Virus record (IMG/VR): IMGVR_UViG_3300048894_000070 | Span: 1 to 26,580 of that record | DNA length: 26,580 nucleotides | Source: a virus | Taxonomy: Duplodnaviria; Caudoviricetes | Direction: 5' to 3' (one strand) | Shown here: positions 26,217 through 26,580 of the stretch, in pieces | Numbering within the stretch: position 1 is the first letter of the stretch | Layout of the letters: each line of letters starts with the position of its first letter | Translations under genes and position numbers: made by a program | The notes under the pieces: model-generated | Databases searched by the model: none | Told to the model about the DNA's origin: nothing | What the model saw: the letters and a program-made list of their open reading frames with translations, nothing else

Positions 26217-26580
26217 GGCAAGGCACGGCCTGGCTGGGCAAGGCATGGCGAGGCGCGGCAGGCGTGGCACGGCATGTCATGGCTCGGCATGTCAAGGCGC
26301 GGCGTGGCTCGGCACGGCGAGGCGAGGCAGGCGCGGCAGGGCTTGGCGCGGCACGGCTCGGCTGGGTGAGGCAGGCCTGGCAAGGCATGGCCCGGCAAGG
26401 CAGGGCGAGGCAAGGCGGGGCAAGGCAGGGCAGGCATGGCGTGGCTCGGTGCGGCGGGGCGTGGCTTGGCAAGGCAAGGCGGGGCACGGCAGGCTCGGCT
26501 TGGCGTGGCACGGCACGGCGTGGCAGGGCGCGGCTGGGCGCGGCTTGGCACGGAGCGGCAGGCAGGGCGGGGCAGGCGCG
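26217..26580 (+). repeat. GGC-NN pentamer array punctuated by GGCA tetramers; candidate guide-RNA array (continues past the window edge)
   Basis: Hand parse gives 67 pentamers (62 GGC-NN, 2 GGT-NN, 2 GTC-NN, 1 GGA-NN) and 7 GGCA tetramers at 26257, 26326, 26370, 26429, 26488, 26557 and 26571. Confidence 0.93.

Noticed and set aside
26081-26551. Pro/Cys/Arg-rich minus-strand ORFs over the array
   Set aside because: All three minus frames give the same low-complexity pattern because of the 5-nt period; two also overlap the Cas7-like gene antisense.
26217-26580. Canonical CRISPR array or simple microsatellite
   Set aside because: No 23-50-bp repeats with unique spacers; positions 4-5 vary while 1-3 are fixed and register shifts are invariant, unlike slippage repeats.

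Overview
A high-GC temperate-style siphophage or prophage segment, probably from an alphaproteobacterial host (GcrA-like and GapR-like genes). The minus strand (22712 down to 1) carries two blocks. The early/replication block has GapR-like, GcrA C-terminal-like, RuvC-like, an AAA_25/RepA-type helicase followed by an iteron-like origin, a stand-alone TSCPD domain and a NusG paralogue. The late block has HNH, terminase, a protease-capsid fusion, portal, two collagen-like fibres, a head-tail connector, an inserted glycosyltransferase/methyltransferase trio, tail genes, a G/GT chaperone frameshift pair and a tape measure protein running off the left edge. The plus strand (23281 to end) carries a RecE-like exonuclease, a putative annealase, an excisionase-like HTH and then the stand-out feature. 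This is a solitary Cas7/RAMP-like gene (25503-26210) followed 6 nt after its stop by an apparently non-coding array of GGC-NN pentamers, split into units of mostly 8-13 pentamers by an invariant GGCA tetramer and running off the right edge. It looks like a phage-encoded RNA-guided system that uses a non-contiguous dinucleotide code instead of a CRISPR array. All protein calls are motif and synteny recognition by eye; no searches were run.
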